This document shows positions 40,980 through 50,173 of a stretch of 64,000 nt of DNA, piece after piece. The DNA comes from a virus (taxonomy: Duplodnaviria; Caudoviricetes): IMG/VR virus record IMGVR_UViG_3300031555_004294, positions 192,001-256,000 of that record. One strand, written 5' to 3'. The notes beneath the pieces are model-generated. The model was given only the letters and a program-made list of their open reading frames with translations. It ran no database searches and had not been told where the DNA came from. The translations under genes were made by a program, and so were the position numbers. Position 1 is the first letter of the stretch. Each line of letters opens with the position of its first letter.

Positions 40980-41064
40980 ACTGTAAAAATTGCTTACAAA
41001 AATTTTATAGTGTATGTTTCATAATCATACCAGAGAAAAATAATATAAAAAGGAGGATCAGATT

Positions 41065-42162
41065 ATGACTGATCAAGAAAGACTTGCGATCTTTGAACAT
41101 TTTTTCGCAGAAGAAGCTAATCACAAATTTTGGAACTATGCAAATGAGTTCAATCAACTTTCTATTGAGTTTGTAGAGATTTTCAAAGAAAACCTTCCTA
41201 CAAAATATTGGAAGACACAGGCTAGAAAATTAATTAGACGCGACTTAGATGAGAAATTTGCTCATCACTTTGCAACAGATATCCATTGGGAGACTGCATC
41301 TAAGGAAATGACTAAGCTTAGAGAAGTGGATGAAAACCTAATTAGAGAATACGCTAGTTATTGGGATTGGACTCAGATTTCTAAAGCTAGACTTTCTGAG
41401 CAATTGATTGAAGACTACAACTTATCTGTAGATTGGGTTGAAGTATCTATGCATTCAAAGTTGTCTGAAGAGTTTATTTCCAGACATGAACATGAAGTAA
41501 ATTGGGATAAGATTAGCGAATGGCAAAGACATTTGTCAGAAGCCTTTATTCGTAAGTATGAGGATAAGGTTAACTGGAAACAGATTTCTCAGAATCAGAA
41601 ACTTTCTGAAGGGTTCATGAGTGAGTTTAAAGACAGAATTGATTGGTTCTATGTTTCTAAGTCTCAAAAGTTGTCTGAAAGATTTATGAATGAGTTTAAA
41701 AATGAACTTGATTGGGGTAGATTGTCTCGTTATCAGGTAATGAGTGAGAGATTTATCCGTCAACATCAGGATAGAGTTAAGTGGAACAGTATTTTTATGT
41801 ATCAGCATGTAAGTGCTAAGTTTAAGGAAGAATTTTCTGAGTTTTACCAGCCTTATGAAGATAAGCTTAAGAAGAAGGGCAAAGGTGTACGTGCTCAAAC
41901 CAGAAAGATGGCTGCTAAAGCAATTGTTGAAGATGAATGGCGTAAAGAAAGAGGATTTGAGACTCAAGCTGAAAACTTTAAATACAGTAAGAGACCTTCT
42001 GGCAAACCTATTCTTCGTAATGAACAACAACTTAGAGAAGAAAGATCCATTGTTAATAGAAGTTCTGCACGTACTGAAGTAAAACCTGGTGATAGATACA
42101 CTCCTGTTACTAGACCAACTTTTGCTAGAGAACTTAAAGAAACTGACAAGAAGAAGTTCTAA
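41065..42162 (+). CDS. Tryptophan-repeat family protein
   Basis: About 8 repeats of ~23 aa, (V/I)(D/N)WxxISxxQKLSExFIxxF. Confidence 0.8.
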   Translation: MTDQERLAIFEHFFAEEANHKFWNYANEFNQLSIEFVEIFKENLPTKYWKTQARKLIRRDLDEKFAHHFATDIHWETASKEMTKLREVDENLIREYASYWDWTQISKARLSEQLIEDYNLSVDWVEVSMHSKLSEEFISRHEHEVNWDKISEWQRHLSEAFIRKYEDKVNWKQISQNQKLSEGFMSEFKDRIDWFYVSKSQKLSERFMNEFKNELDWGRLSRYQVMSERFIRQHQDRVKWNSIFMYQHVSAKFKEEFSEFYQPYEDKLKKKGKGVRAQTRKMAAKAIVEDEWRKERGFETQAENFKYSKRPSGKPILRNEQQLREERSIVNRSSARTEVKPGDRYTPVTRPTFARELKETDKKKF

Positions 42163-42243
42163 AAATAAAATTTCAAATCGGATGTACCTTTCCTAAATGA
42201 GAGGTACATCCGATTTATCTAAACTATGCAATAACAATATAAA

Positions 42244-42810
42244 ATGAGGAGAAAAATAAAAATGGGCAATGATACAGTTTTTGTAAGAGACAGAGAAATC
42301 GTATATTCTGGTATACTTGATGCTGAAAATGTAGGTAAGGTAATCTTATCTATCCGTTCAATGGTAAATGAAGATAATGAGAAAGAAGCTAATCTTAAGA
42401 ATTTTAAGAGAGAACCAATTCATCTTCATATTTCTTCAACTGGTGGATCAGTTTATCATACACTCGGACTTTATGATTTGATAGAAACTTCTAGAACTCC
42501 TATCATTACATATGGTCATGGTTGTATTATGAGTGCCGCAGTTATACTGTTTTTAGCAGGTTATAAACGTGTTTGTGGAAAACATGCTACATTTATGATG
42601 CATGAAGCTTCACAAGGCATGAATGACTATGCGTCAATCATTCATAAGAAATCTGAAGAAATAAGCCGTTTAGAAAATCTTATGAGAGATATAGTTGTCA
42701 ACAGAACTAAAGTATCTGGCAAACAGTATGATAAATGGAACAATGAAAGAGAAGTTTATCTTAGTGCTGAAGACGCCTTAAAGTTTGGTATTGTACATGA
42801 AATTCTTTAA
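42244..42810 (+). CDS. ClpP-like serine protease
   Basis: ISSTGGSV, CIMSAA (Ser), FMMHE (His), YLSAEDALKFGIV. Confidence 0.85.
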   Translation: MRRKIKMGNDTVFVRDREIVYSGILDAENVGKVILSIRSMVNEDNEKEANLKNFKREPIHLHISSTGGSVYHTLGLYDLIETSRTPIITYGHGCIMSAAVILFLAGYKRVCGKHATFMMHEASQGMNDYASIIHKKSEEISRLENLMRDIVVNRTKVSGKQYDKWNNEREVYLSAEDALKFGIVHEIL

Positions 42811-42827
42811 CAAGAGGAGAACTTTCT

Positions 42828-43724
42828 ATGAAACAACAAGATTACATTCAGTACATTGAGATAGATAAAAATAAAACTACAAAACTAGTAACTATCTCAT
42901 TTGCTGAACTTCAAAAATATAGAAATTGCATAGACTGGAGCTATATTTGTAGCAACATAACAAAGGAAACTTGCACACAAGAATTTTATACTAAGTTCTT
43001 CGATAAACTATTTTGGAATAATACTCATTTTCTTAATTTTGTAGAGGATGAAGATGATTTAACAAAATTTTCTGATAAAATTAGTGCAAGTACTCTTTTT
43101 AAAACTAAACCTAATTTGAGTGAGGATTTTTGCAAAAAGTATATTTCCAGATATAGAGACGATGTGGAATCTTGGGGTTACAGAAATGTATCTGTAGAAA
43201 TGCTTAAATGGAACAAAAATTTGACAACTGACTTCATGGAAGAAATTTTCCAAGATATGTGTAGTATGGATGATGAATACAATCATCGTAAACCTTATAT
43301 TGCTGAAGCAATTGTAGATGGAAAACAACCAATTACAACATCACAGTATGTCAAGTATATTGAAGGTGAACTTGACGGAGCATTTTCTAAATTTAAGAAA
43401 TTTGCAGTTTTAGTAAATCCTAGAAATAACTTTTCTGAAAAGTTTATAAGAGAACACAAACGAGATTTCAACCAAGTTAGTTTCCTTGGTACAGATCAAG
43501 TAAAGGAACTTTTAGCATTTACAGAGAATCCAATATCTGAAAATGCGTTAAGAATTTTTAAGGCAAAGATCGACTATGTTCATCTGCTTAACAAACTAAC
43601 CAGACCTGAGCTTCTTGATAGTATGGTTAAAGTTTGTAAGAAAGAACTTTTTGATGTTATGATTAAAAAATCAGGTGATCTAAAAAATCAAAATAACTTA
43701 GACTATCTGAAACGCATAATGTAA
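42828..43724 (+). CDS. Degenerate tryptophan-repeat protein
   Basis: IDWSYI, LSEDF, FSEKFIREHK. Confidence 0.55.
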   Translation: MKQQDYIQYIEIDKNKTTKLVTISFAELQKYRNCIDWSYICSNITKETCTQEFYTKFFDKLFWNNTHFLNFVEDEDDLTKFSDKISASTLFKTKPNLSEDFCKKYISRYRDDVESWGYRNVSVEMLKWNKNLTTDFMEEIFQDMCSMDDEYNHRKPYIAEAIVDGKQPITTSQYVKYIEGELDGAFSKFKKFAVLVNPRNNFSEKFIREHKRDFNQVSFLGTDQVKELLAFTENPISENALRIFKAKIDYVHLLNKLTRPELLDSMVKVCKKELFDVMIKKSGDLKNQNNLDYLKRIM

Positions 43725-43817
43725 TCTGTATTTTAAAGAAGTTGAAGTATATATTTTAACTGTGAATTAGAACTTAAAACATTCTACTAATCTTTATTTA
43801 CACAAAGGAGAAATAAC

Positions 43818-44294
43818 ATGAAGTCCTATCTCGAAACAAAGAAGATCATTGAGAAAATTGAATCATTGGTAAAAAAGTATGACATTGACAATGAAGATTT
43901 TAAACAAGACTTGTTCTTAATGTTATGGACTGAAAAAGATAACATTGAGTCTGAGTCTTCTTTAAATGATTTTCTTTCCAAGCGTATCTTTGCAGAAATT
44001 GAGAAAGAAGAAACCAATGACATTGAAATTGTGTCACTTGATAAGGAAATTCTAGATAATTCGCAAAGAAGAATTAATAACCGCATTGGGTTGAAATATG
44101 ACATACACAGTGTTCTTATAGATTCTTTAACTCCAGACGAAAGATGTATCATAGAGGAAGTTTTTGGTATAAAACAACATTCTGCAGCTGAACTTGATCA
44201 CTTACTATCCACATATCATGTTACAGAACTTTTAAACAGAGCAATGGAGAAATTAAGAAATCCTAAATACGTGTTCTTAAAGGAATACATGTAA
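43818..44294 (+). CDS. Truncated sigma-70 region 4-like protein
   Basis: IVSLD...LTPDERCIIEEVFGI...RAMEKLRNP resembles sigma regions 3.2-4. Confidence 0.55.
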   Translation: MKSYLETKKIIEKIESLVKKYDIDNEDFKQDLFLMLWTEKDNIESESSLNDFLSKRIFAEIEKEETNDIEIVSLDKEILDNSQRRINNRIGLKYDIHSVLIDSLTPDERCIIEEVFGIKQHSAAELDHLLSTYHVTELLNRAMEKLRNPKYVFLKEYM

Positions 44295-44301
44295 GTATAA
44301 T

Positions 44302-44712
44302 ATGGAAAATGGCAATAATAAATTCTTTCAAGAAGCAAAAGATGTAGCAAAACTCTCAACTTTCTATAAATGTCATACTGGATGTGTTATTGTATATAAG
44401 AATCGCATAATCTCATCTGGTTGTAATTCTACTAAAACACATCCTTTACAAAGAAAGTACAACAAAGAACGATTTGATGATGACAATACACCGCATTATA
44501 TGCATGCAGAGGTACAAGCTCTAACCAATCTGATAAATGACGATTCTATAAAATGGAAGAAAGTTCATATATACAACTATCGGATATCTAAAAATAAATA
44601 TGCAATTTCAAGACCATGTGCTTCTTGCATGGCATTGATTAAACATCTTGGAATCCATCATTTGCATTACACAACAAATGATGGATTTACATATGAGTTT
44701 TTAGACTATTAA
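44302..44712 (+). CDS. Zn-dependent cytidine/dCMP deaminase-family protein
   Basis: HAE...RPCASC. Confidence 0.8.
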   Translation: MENGNNKFFQEAKDVAKLSTFYKCHTGCVIVYKNRIISSGCNSTKTHPLQRKYNKERFDDDNTPHYMHAEVQALTNLINDDSIKWKKVHIYNYRISKNKYAISRPCASCMALIKHLGIHHLHYTTNDGFTYEFLDY

Positions 44713-44777
44713 AAATAGAAATATAAATTCCTCCTTCAACAAAATATTATAATCTTCGTTGTAAGGGGGTATTATAA

Positions 44778-45035
44778 ATGTGTTACGATAGTATAAATGA
44801 CAGAATTCATGCTGAAGCAGAATACATTGTCGTACATAAAGCAACTGTTAGAGAAGCAGCTAGGGTATTTGGATTAAGTAAATCAACTATTTTTGTAGAT
44901 GTAACCGACAGGTTATATTGGTTGGACTATGATTTATATAATCAGGTTAAGTTAGCACTCCAGTATAATAAAAACATGCGTGCTATAAGAGGTGGTTTAG
45001 CTACCAAATATAAGTATGCTAGTATGAAGAAATAA
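44778..45035 (+). CDS. spoIIID: Sporulation transcription factor SpoIIID homologue
   Basis: YIV...ATVRxAAxVFGLSKSTI..DVTDRL...L...V...L.YNK..R.IRGG.ATK.KY matches the SpoIIID family along its length. Confidence 0.9.
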   Translation: MCYDSINDRIHAEAEYIVVHKATVREAARVFGLSKSTIFVDVTDRLYWLDYDLYNQVKLALQYNKNMRAIRGGLATKYKYASMKK

Positions 45036-45145
45036 AATTAAAATAGGAATTCTTGTTATGGGAATTCCTATTTTTTTTTTTTGTTAAATTTACTTTCAAA
45101 TATATATAATGATTGTGTAAAATAATAAAAAGGAAATAACCATTT

Positions 45146-45469
45146 ATGTTACTTTTTAAAAAATTGAAAGAAAGAAAGTTTAGACAGAAACAGATAGAAT
45201 TTGAGTTTAGATTAAATTCTTTGGAAAGTTTAAAACGTAGTATAGAGCATGCTAGAGAAATAGGTGTTACGGATTTTTATATAGAATTAACAAGGCCTAG
45301 TAATGTTAATGCAATTTGGACTGCTAGGACTGTATATTACCATGCTGGAGTTAAAAATATAAAGGAAAAAGAAATTGAAAAATGTATTAAAAAATGGTTA
45401 AAAGAAGAAAAATATAAAAAAATAAAAACTTTTAAAGATCCATACGTAATATACATACGTCTTAAGTAA
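45146..45469 (+). CDS. Hypothetical protein, paralogue of 45747..46133
   Basis: Shared N-terminus (KxRxKQxxF...LxxLxxxxEH) and a WLK motif. Confidence 0.6.
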   Translation: MLLFKKLKERKFRQKQIEFEFRLNSLESLKRSIEHAREIGVTDFYIELTRPSNVNAIWTARTVYYHAGVKNIKEKEIEKCIKKWLKEEKYKKIKTFKDPYVIYIRLK

Positions 45470-45489
45470 TAAAGGAGATAAAAATTTTT

Positions 45490-45750
45490 ATGAGTTTATA
45501 TGACGATTATCGTGCAGACATCCAATTTAGTAGAGATTTCCCATTTGGTATGCCGTCAGATACTTGGACCACTAAAGATGGTATAAAAATTAAATTAGCT
45601 GACATGACAGAGAAACATATAAAAAACTGTATGAAACTAGTTGGTGAAGATGATGATTGGTATTGGAAGTTTGAAGAAGAATTAAAAAGAAGAGGTAAAC
45701 ACTCTAGAAAGATTGTAATAAAACGAAAGGGCTATTCTGATATAAAATGA
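45490..45750 (+). CDS. Conserved phage hypothetical protein
   Basis: WTTKDGxxIxLxDMTxxHIxNC motif. Confidence 0.65.
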   Translation: MSLYDDYRADIQFSRDFPFGMPSDTWTTKDGIKIKLADMTEKHIKNCMKLVGEDDDWYWKFEEELKRRGKHSRKIVIKRKGYSDIK

Positions 45751-46133
45751 TTAAGAGATTGATTCAAAAGAAAAAAGAAAAAGAACTTAGAAGGAAACAA
45801 GTTAAATTTGATCTTGAATTACTTTGTTTAGATGATTTACGTAAAGCATTAGAACATAGTATGAGTAGAACAGATATTACTCTTCACCACTATAATATTG
45901 GAATTGGAGTTAGAGGAGGTATATATCACGACATTACATTGTACGATTATACTATTTACCATCAGAATATAACTGATTCAACATATGTAATAGAACGATG
46001 GTTAAAACAAAATGGTTATGTTTATCGTTCTATAAGATATTTTCACTATAATGTCATAGAAGTAGACTTAATTAAAACTAGAAAAAATATTATAAAAACA
46101 GAAAGAAAGGGATTGAAGAATGGCAGAAACTAA
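45747..46133 (+). CDS. Hypothetical protein, paralogue of 45146..45469
   Basis: Shared N-terminus and WLK motif with 45146..45469. Confidence 0.6.
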   Translation: MIKRLIQKKKEKELRRKQVKFDLELLCLDDLRKALEHSMSRTDITLHHYNIGIGVRGGIYHDITLYDYTIYHQNITDSTYVIERWLKQNGYVYRSIRYFHYNVIEVDLIKTRKNIIKTERKGLKNGRN

Positions 46134-48471
46134 GAAAAATCTAACTTATAACGAGGATAGTATTAAAGTACAGCAATATCCTGATAACGTAAGATCCAAT
46201 CCAACTGTCTACATTAGTAGCTTAGGTAAAGAAGGAAATTCACACCTTTTAAGAGAGGTAATTGATAACTCTATCGACGAATTCTTGAATGGATTTGGAG
46301 AAACAATTACAATTGAAGTTTCTAATAAAAATGGAGTCTTCAGAGTAATAGATGAGGGACGTGGTGTTCCTGCAAAGTCTATAGAAAAGGCATTTACTAC
46401 GCTTCATGCTTCAGGAAAATTTGATAAGAACAGTTATAGTACATCAGGTGGTCAGCATGGTCTTGGCAGTACTTGCGTTAACGCACTTAGTAAATATTTC
46501 CTTGTTATTACACATGAGAATGGTCATGAATACTCTCAGAGATTTGAGTATGGTAAGAAAGTTACTGAATTGAAAGATCTAGGTAAATCTACTAAGAAGG
46601 GTACTATAGTAGAATTTGCCCCTGATGAGTCAGTAATGGAAGTAAACCAGATTGATTTAGAGTCCATTAAAGAAGAATGTAAGATGAAGTCCTTTATCAA
46701 CAGTGGACTTACATTAATTATCAAAGATCTTGATGAAAAGAAACAGTCAAAGTATTATCATAAGGATGGTTTAAAGGAATTTGTAGAGCTTAATGCACCA
46801 AAGGCTCTGTTCGTTCCTATTACATTTGCTACTAGTTCTACTGTAAGCAAAGCTAATAAGGAACTGAATGTAGAAATTGAATGTTCTTTCACATACAATA
46901 ACTCCACAGATCCTATCAATATTAAATCCTTCTGTAACTCTATCTATACCAGTGATGGTGGTACTCATGAAACTGGATTTAAGATGGCTTTGACAAATTT
47001 AGTTAAGAAATACATTACAGATAACAATCTACTTTCTAAGAAAGATGAAAAGTTAGAAATTACTGGTGATGCAGTACAGGAAGGTGTAGTTGCAGTTGTA
47101 TCAATTAAACATCCTCATCCTATGTACGATCAACAATCTAAAAAGAAACTTAATTCTACTGAGGTTTCTGGTGCAGTAATGAAGGCTGTTAATACTGAAT
47201 TTGGTAAGTGGATTGAAACTCATACTAAAGAGATGAAAACAATCTGCAATAAAGTCATTGAGTCTGCTAAAGCAAATTCTGCTGCTAAGAGAGCTAAAGA
47301 GCTGGCAAATAAGAAATCTGAAAGTGGAATTACTGCAGTGTCTGACTTATCAAAGTTAGCAAACTGTATTTCTAAAAAGCCTGAAGAATGTGAACTCTTT
47401 GTAGTAGAGGGAAATTCTGCAAGTTCATCTGCTAAGAATGGTAGAGACAAGAACATTCAAGCTGTGTATGCATTAAGAGGTAAAATTCTTAATACTAATA
47501 ACTTAGCTGAAGGTAAAATCTTTGAAAATAAAGAACTTTCAGATTTAATCTACATTTTGACTGGTAAGAAAACTGCAATTGGTAAGAACTTCAATATCGA
47601 AGATATGAAGTATCATAAACTTGTAGTATTAACTGACGCGGACGACGATGGATTACACATAGCAAGTCTTATCTTAGGATTTGTATATAGACACGCAAAG
47701 CCTATTTTGGATGCAGGTTATATGTATATTGCAATGCCTCCCCTTTACTCCATTGTAGAAAGAAATAAGAAGAGATATTTCCTCAATCAAGAAGAGTATG
47801 ATGCTTACATTGATGAGAAGATTTTTGAAACTTATACTTTCACAGAGGATGGAGTTGTTTATGGTAAGGGTAAAGTAAGAACTAGATTAAAGCAGTTTGA
47901 AAACTACAAGAAACAGGTTACTAAACTTGCAATTGACAATGCTATGAATGTTAATTTAATTGATGATGTTTGTCGTTTCTTAAGAAAAAATGAAAAAGCT
48001 GACAGTAAAGCAATTATGACATTCATTAAGTCTATTGGAGATTTTGAAATCTTCAAGAATGAGGAAGGTAATACTGAACTTAATGGACTTTACAATGATA
48101 CATTTGTAAATGCAGTTGTTAAAGATTTGGTTAAAGTTGCTAAGAAAGCTAAGGAACTTCTAAACGAATTTCCTAAGTCATTTAAAATTGGTGATGATGA
48201 AATTAGTATCATGAACTATGAAGCTATGTATCAGCAGGTTACACCTAAATCTAGAAGTCGCTTTAAGGGACTTGGCGAAATGGATGCTAGTGAACTTTGG
48301 GAAACTACCCTTGATCCTTCAGTAAGAAACATCATGCAAGTAGTTCTTTCTGATGATGAAAAGACTGATGATGTTATGGATACCTTATTAAATTCCAATA
48401 GCAAATATGCAGATAAGCGTAAGGTATTTTTAATGAAGAATCAACAAAAGATCAAAGAACTAGAGATTTAA
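46120..48471 (+). CDS. gyrB: Type IIA topoisomerase B subunit (gyrase B)
   Basis: EVIDNSIDE, DEGRGVP, LHASGKF, VEGNSA, LRGKILN, TDADDDG, RFKGLGEM. Confidence 0.93.
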   Translation: MAETKKNLTYNEDSIKVQQYPDNVRSNPTVYISSLGKEGNSHLLREVIDNSIDEFLNGFGETITIEVSNKNGVFRVIDEGRGVPAKSIEKAFTTLHASGKFDKNSYSTSGGQHGLGSTCVNALSKYFLVITHENGHEYSQRFEYGKKVTELKDLGKSTKKGTIVEFAPDESVMEVNQIDLESIKEECKMKSFINSGLTLIIKDLDEKKQSKYYHKDGLKEFVELNAPKALFVPITFATSSTVSKANKELNVEIECSFTYNNSTDPINIKSFCNSIYTSDGGTHETGFKMALTNLVKKYITDNNLLSKKDEKLEITGDAVQEGVVAVVSIKHPHPMYDQQSKKKLNSTEVSGAVMKAVNTEFGKWIETHTKEMKTICNKVIESAKANSAAKRAKELANKKSESGITAVSDLSKLANCISKKPEECELFVVEGNSASSSAKNGRDKNIQAVYALRGKILNTNNLAEGKIFENKELSDLIYILTGKKTAIGKNFNIEDMKYHKLVVLTDADDDGLHIASLILGFVYRHAKPILDAGYMYIAMPPLYSIVERNKKRYFLNQEEYDAYIDEKIFETYTFTEDGVVYGKGKVRTRLKQFENYKKQVTKLAIDNAMNVNLIDDVCRFLRKNEKADSKAIMTFIKSIGDFEIFKNEEGNTELNGLYNDTFVNAVVKDLVKVAKKAKELLNEFPKSFKIGDDEISIMNYEAMYQQVTPKSRSRFKGLGEMDASELWETTLDPSVRNIMQVVLSDDEKTDDVMDTLLNSNSKYADKRKVFLMKNQQKIKELEI

Positions 48472-48574
48472 AACTACAAGAGAGAATGTATTAATTTACA
48501 TTCTCTCTTTTTTTCTTGTTAAATCATAAAACCAACATTTTTATATAAGAATTTTACAAAAGGAGAACTATACT

Positions 48575-48925
48575 ATGGCACAGGTTACAATTGATGCTAC
48601 TAATAACAATAAAACGACAAATGTTAGAAAAAATGTAAATCCAAAGTATGATCAAACGATCACTGCACTTAAAAAGTGGACTATCGAGAATTTTTATTTT
48701 AACAACAATACAGTTCACTATTTACACCCTGAAACACAATATACTACACAGTTAAGCACATCAATTAAATGCAATGAAGTGGTATATAAAAAGTCTGAAT
48801 TTGATACTGCGTTATCTCATCTGATGTATATTTGTATCGTAGTTGGTAAGACTATGGAAGAAACAGAAAGAATTGCAGCTATCGAAGAATTATGTCAGTC
48901 AGTAAATGACGAATCTGAACTATGA
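48575..48925 (+). CDS. Hypothetical protein
   Basis: AGGAG RBS and late-promoter motif. Confidence 0.6.
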   Translation: MAQVTIDATNNNKTTNVRKNVNPKYDQTITALKKWTIENFYFNNNTVHYLHPETQYTTQLSTSIKCNEVVYKKSEFDTALSHLMYICIVVGKTMEETERIAAIEELCQSVNDESEL

Positions 48926-49034
48926 ATCCCATCCCTAAGATGGAATAGAACGAGAAAACGTAAGAAATTTTAAATTTTCATTAACTTCTAATCTCCTTTT
49001 TATCTATATATTATGTCTTGGTAACTAAAAATAT

Positions 49035-49505
49035 TTGATTCATCAGGAGGTTTCTAAAAATAATATGTACAGTTTTGGAAAAGAAGTAAGGGATTTAAAA
49101 GAAGCAGAAAAAATTGCTATTGAAATGATTGAGAAAGGAAAGTTTAATAACTTTCTAAAAAAGGCAAAAATAAATAAAGTATTCTTAATTGACAACATTA
49201 CGGTAGCTGAATGTTTTACATTAGGAATTGACTACGATATTTTTCTAGAAGATTGTTTTGATAGTAAAACACAACAGACAGTTATTGATGAAATTAAAAA
49301 ACGAGAAAGCTATGCAGATAATTCACTAATTGTAGGAAATAGCTCAATGTATTTAGAAGATTCAGATGATTTGTTATTTGGATTCTTTTTATGTAGTGAC
49401 GCTTTTTCTAAAACTAATAGTGATAAAATACTTCTTTTAGCTATAGGATTTGCTTTAGGTGAAGATATTGCTGAAGCAATCAAACAATTTGTAATCGTAA
49501 AGTAA
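49035..49505 (+). CDS. Hypothetical protein (start probably the ATG after AGGAGG)
   Basis: ORF with RBS and a TATATAT motif upstream. Confidence 0.6.
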   Translation: MIHQEVSKNNMYSFGKEVRDLKEAEKIAIEMIEKGKFNNFLKKAKINKVFLIDNITVAECFTLGIDYDIFLEDCFDSKTQQTVIDEIKKRESYADNSLIVGNSSMYLEDSDDLLFGFFLCSDAFSKTNSDKILLLAIGFALGEDIAEAIKQFVIVK

Positions 49506-49577
49506 AATTTTAAAAGAGAATGTTTTATTGAGAAACATTCTCTTTTATCTATTGCTAGATAAGGAGGAAAGTATGTT

Positions 49578-49868
49578 ATGAACAATGGAAAGTATTTCAT
49601 AATCGAGATTGAAGAGATCTTACAAAAACTAGTTGTAGTTAAAGTTCCACCAAATAGTGATGAACATGAAGCTATAAGAAGAGCTAAAGAAAACTATAAA
49701 CATGGATTTTTTAAGTTAGGTTTAGATGACTTAAAAGAAGTCAACTATAATGTTTTTGAGTATAACCATCCTGATGAAGTACAAGAATTAATAGAAAAAG
49801 CAATGTTAGAAGAAGAAAATGAAGATGAATTTAAAGAGTACTTAGAAATTTGTAATTCTGATTTTTAG
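49578..49868 (+). CDS. DpnD/PcfM-like protein
   Basis: IEIEEILQKLVVV...EAI..AKENY....F.L...D pattern. Confidence 0.6.
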   Translation: MNNGKYFIIEIEEILQKLVVVKVPPNSDEHEAIRRAKENYKHGFFKLGLDDLKEVNYNVFEYNHPDEVQELIEKAMLEEENEDEFKEYLEICNSDF

Positions 49869-49879
49869 GAGTACAAAAA

Positions 49880-50173
49880 ATGAAAGAACTAAAATTTGTT
49901 GTAAAACTTAATGATAAAACTTATAACTCTTGGGCGTTTGTAGATAAAGAAATCAAAGAAGTAACTGGTAAATATAGCTTTTTTGGTGAACAAGAATGTT
50001 TTGAAAGTATAGAAGAAGCAAGTCTTTTTATTAAAGACGTGTTATATACTCCTAGAATTAATAGATGGAGACCAGAAGTTGATGAAACTTGGTTTGAAAT
50101 TGTACCAGTTTATTTTTCAAAAGATTTTAAGAGATATGTAACAAAAGAAATATTAGAAGAGGAGAATAAATAA
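49880..50173 (+). CDS. Hypothetical protein
   Basis: ORF coupled to the gyrA start. Confidence 0.6.
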   Translation: MKELKFVVKLNDKTYNSWAFVDKEIKEVTGKYSFFGEQECFESIEEASLFIKDVLYTPRINRWRPEVDETWFEIVPVYFSKDFKRYVTKEILEEENK

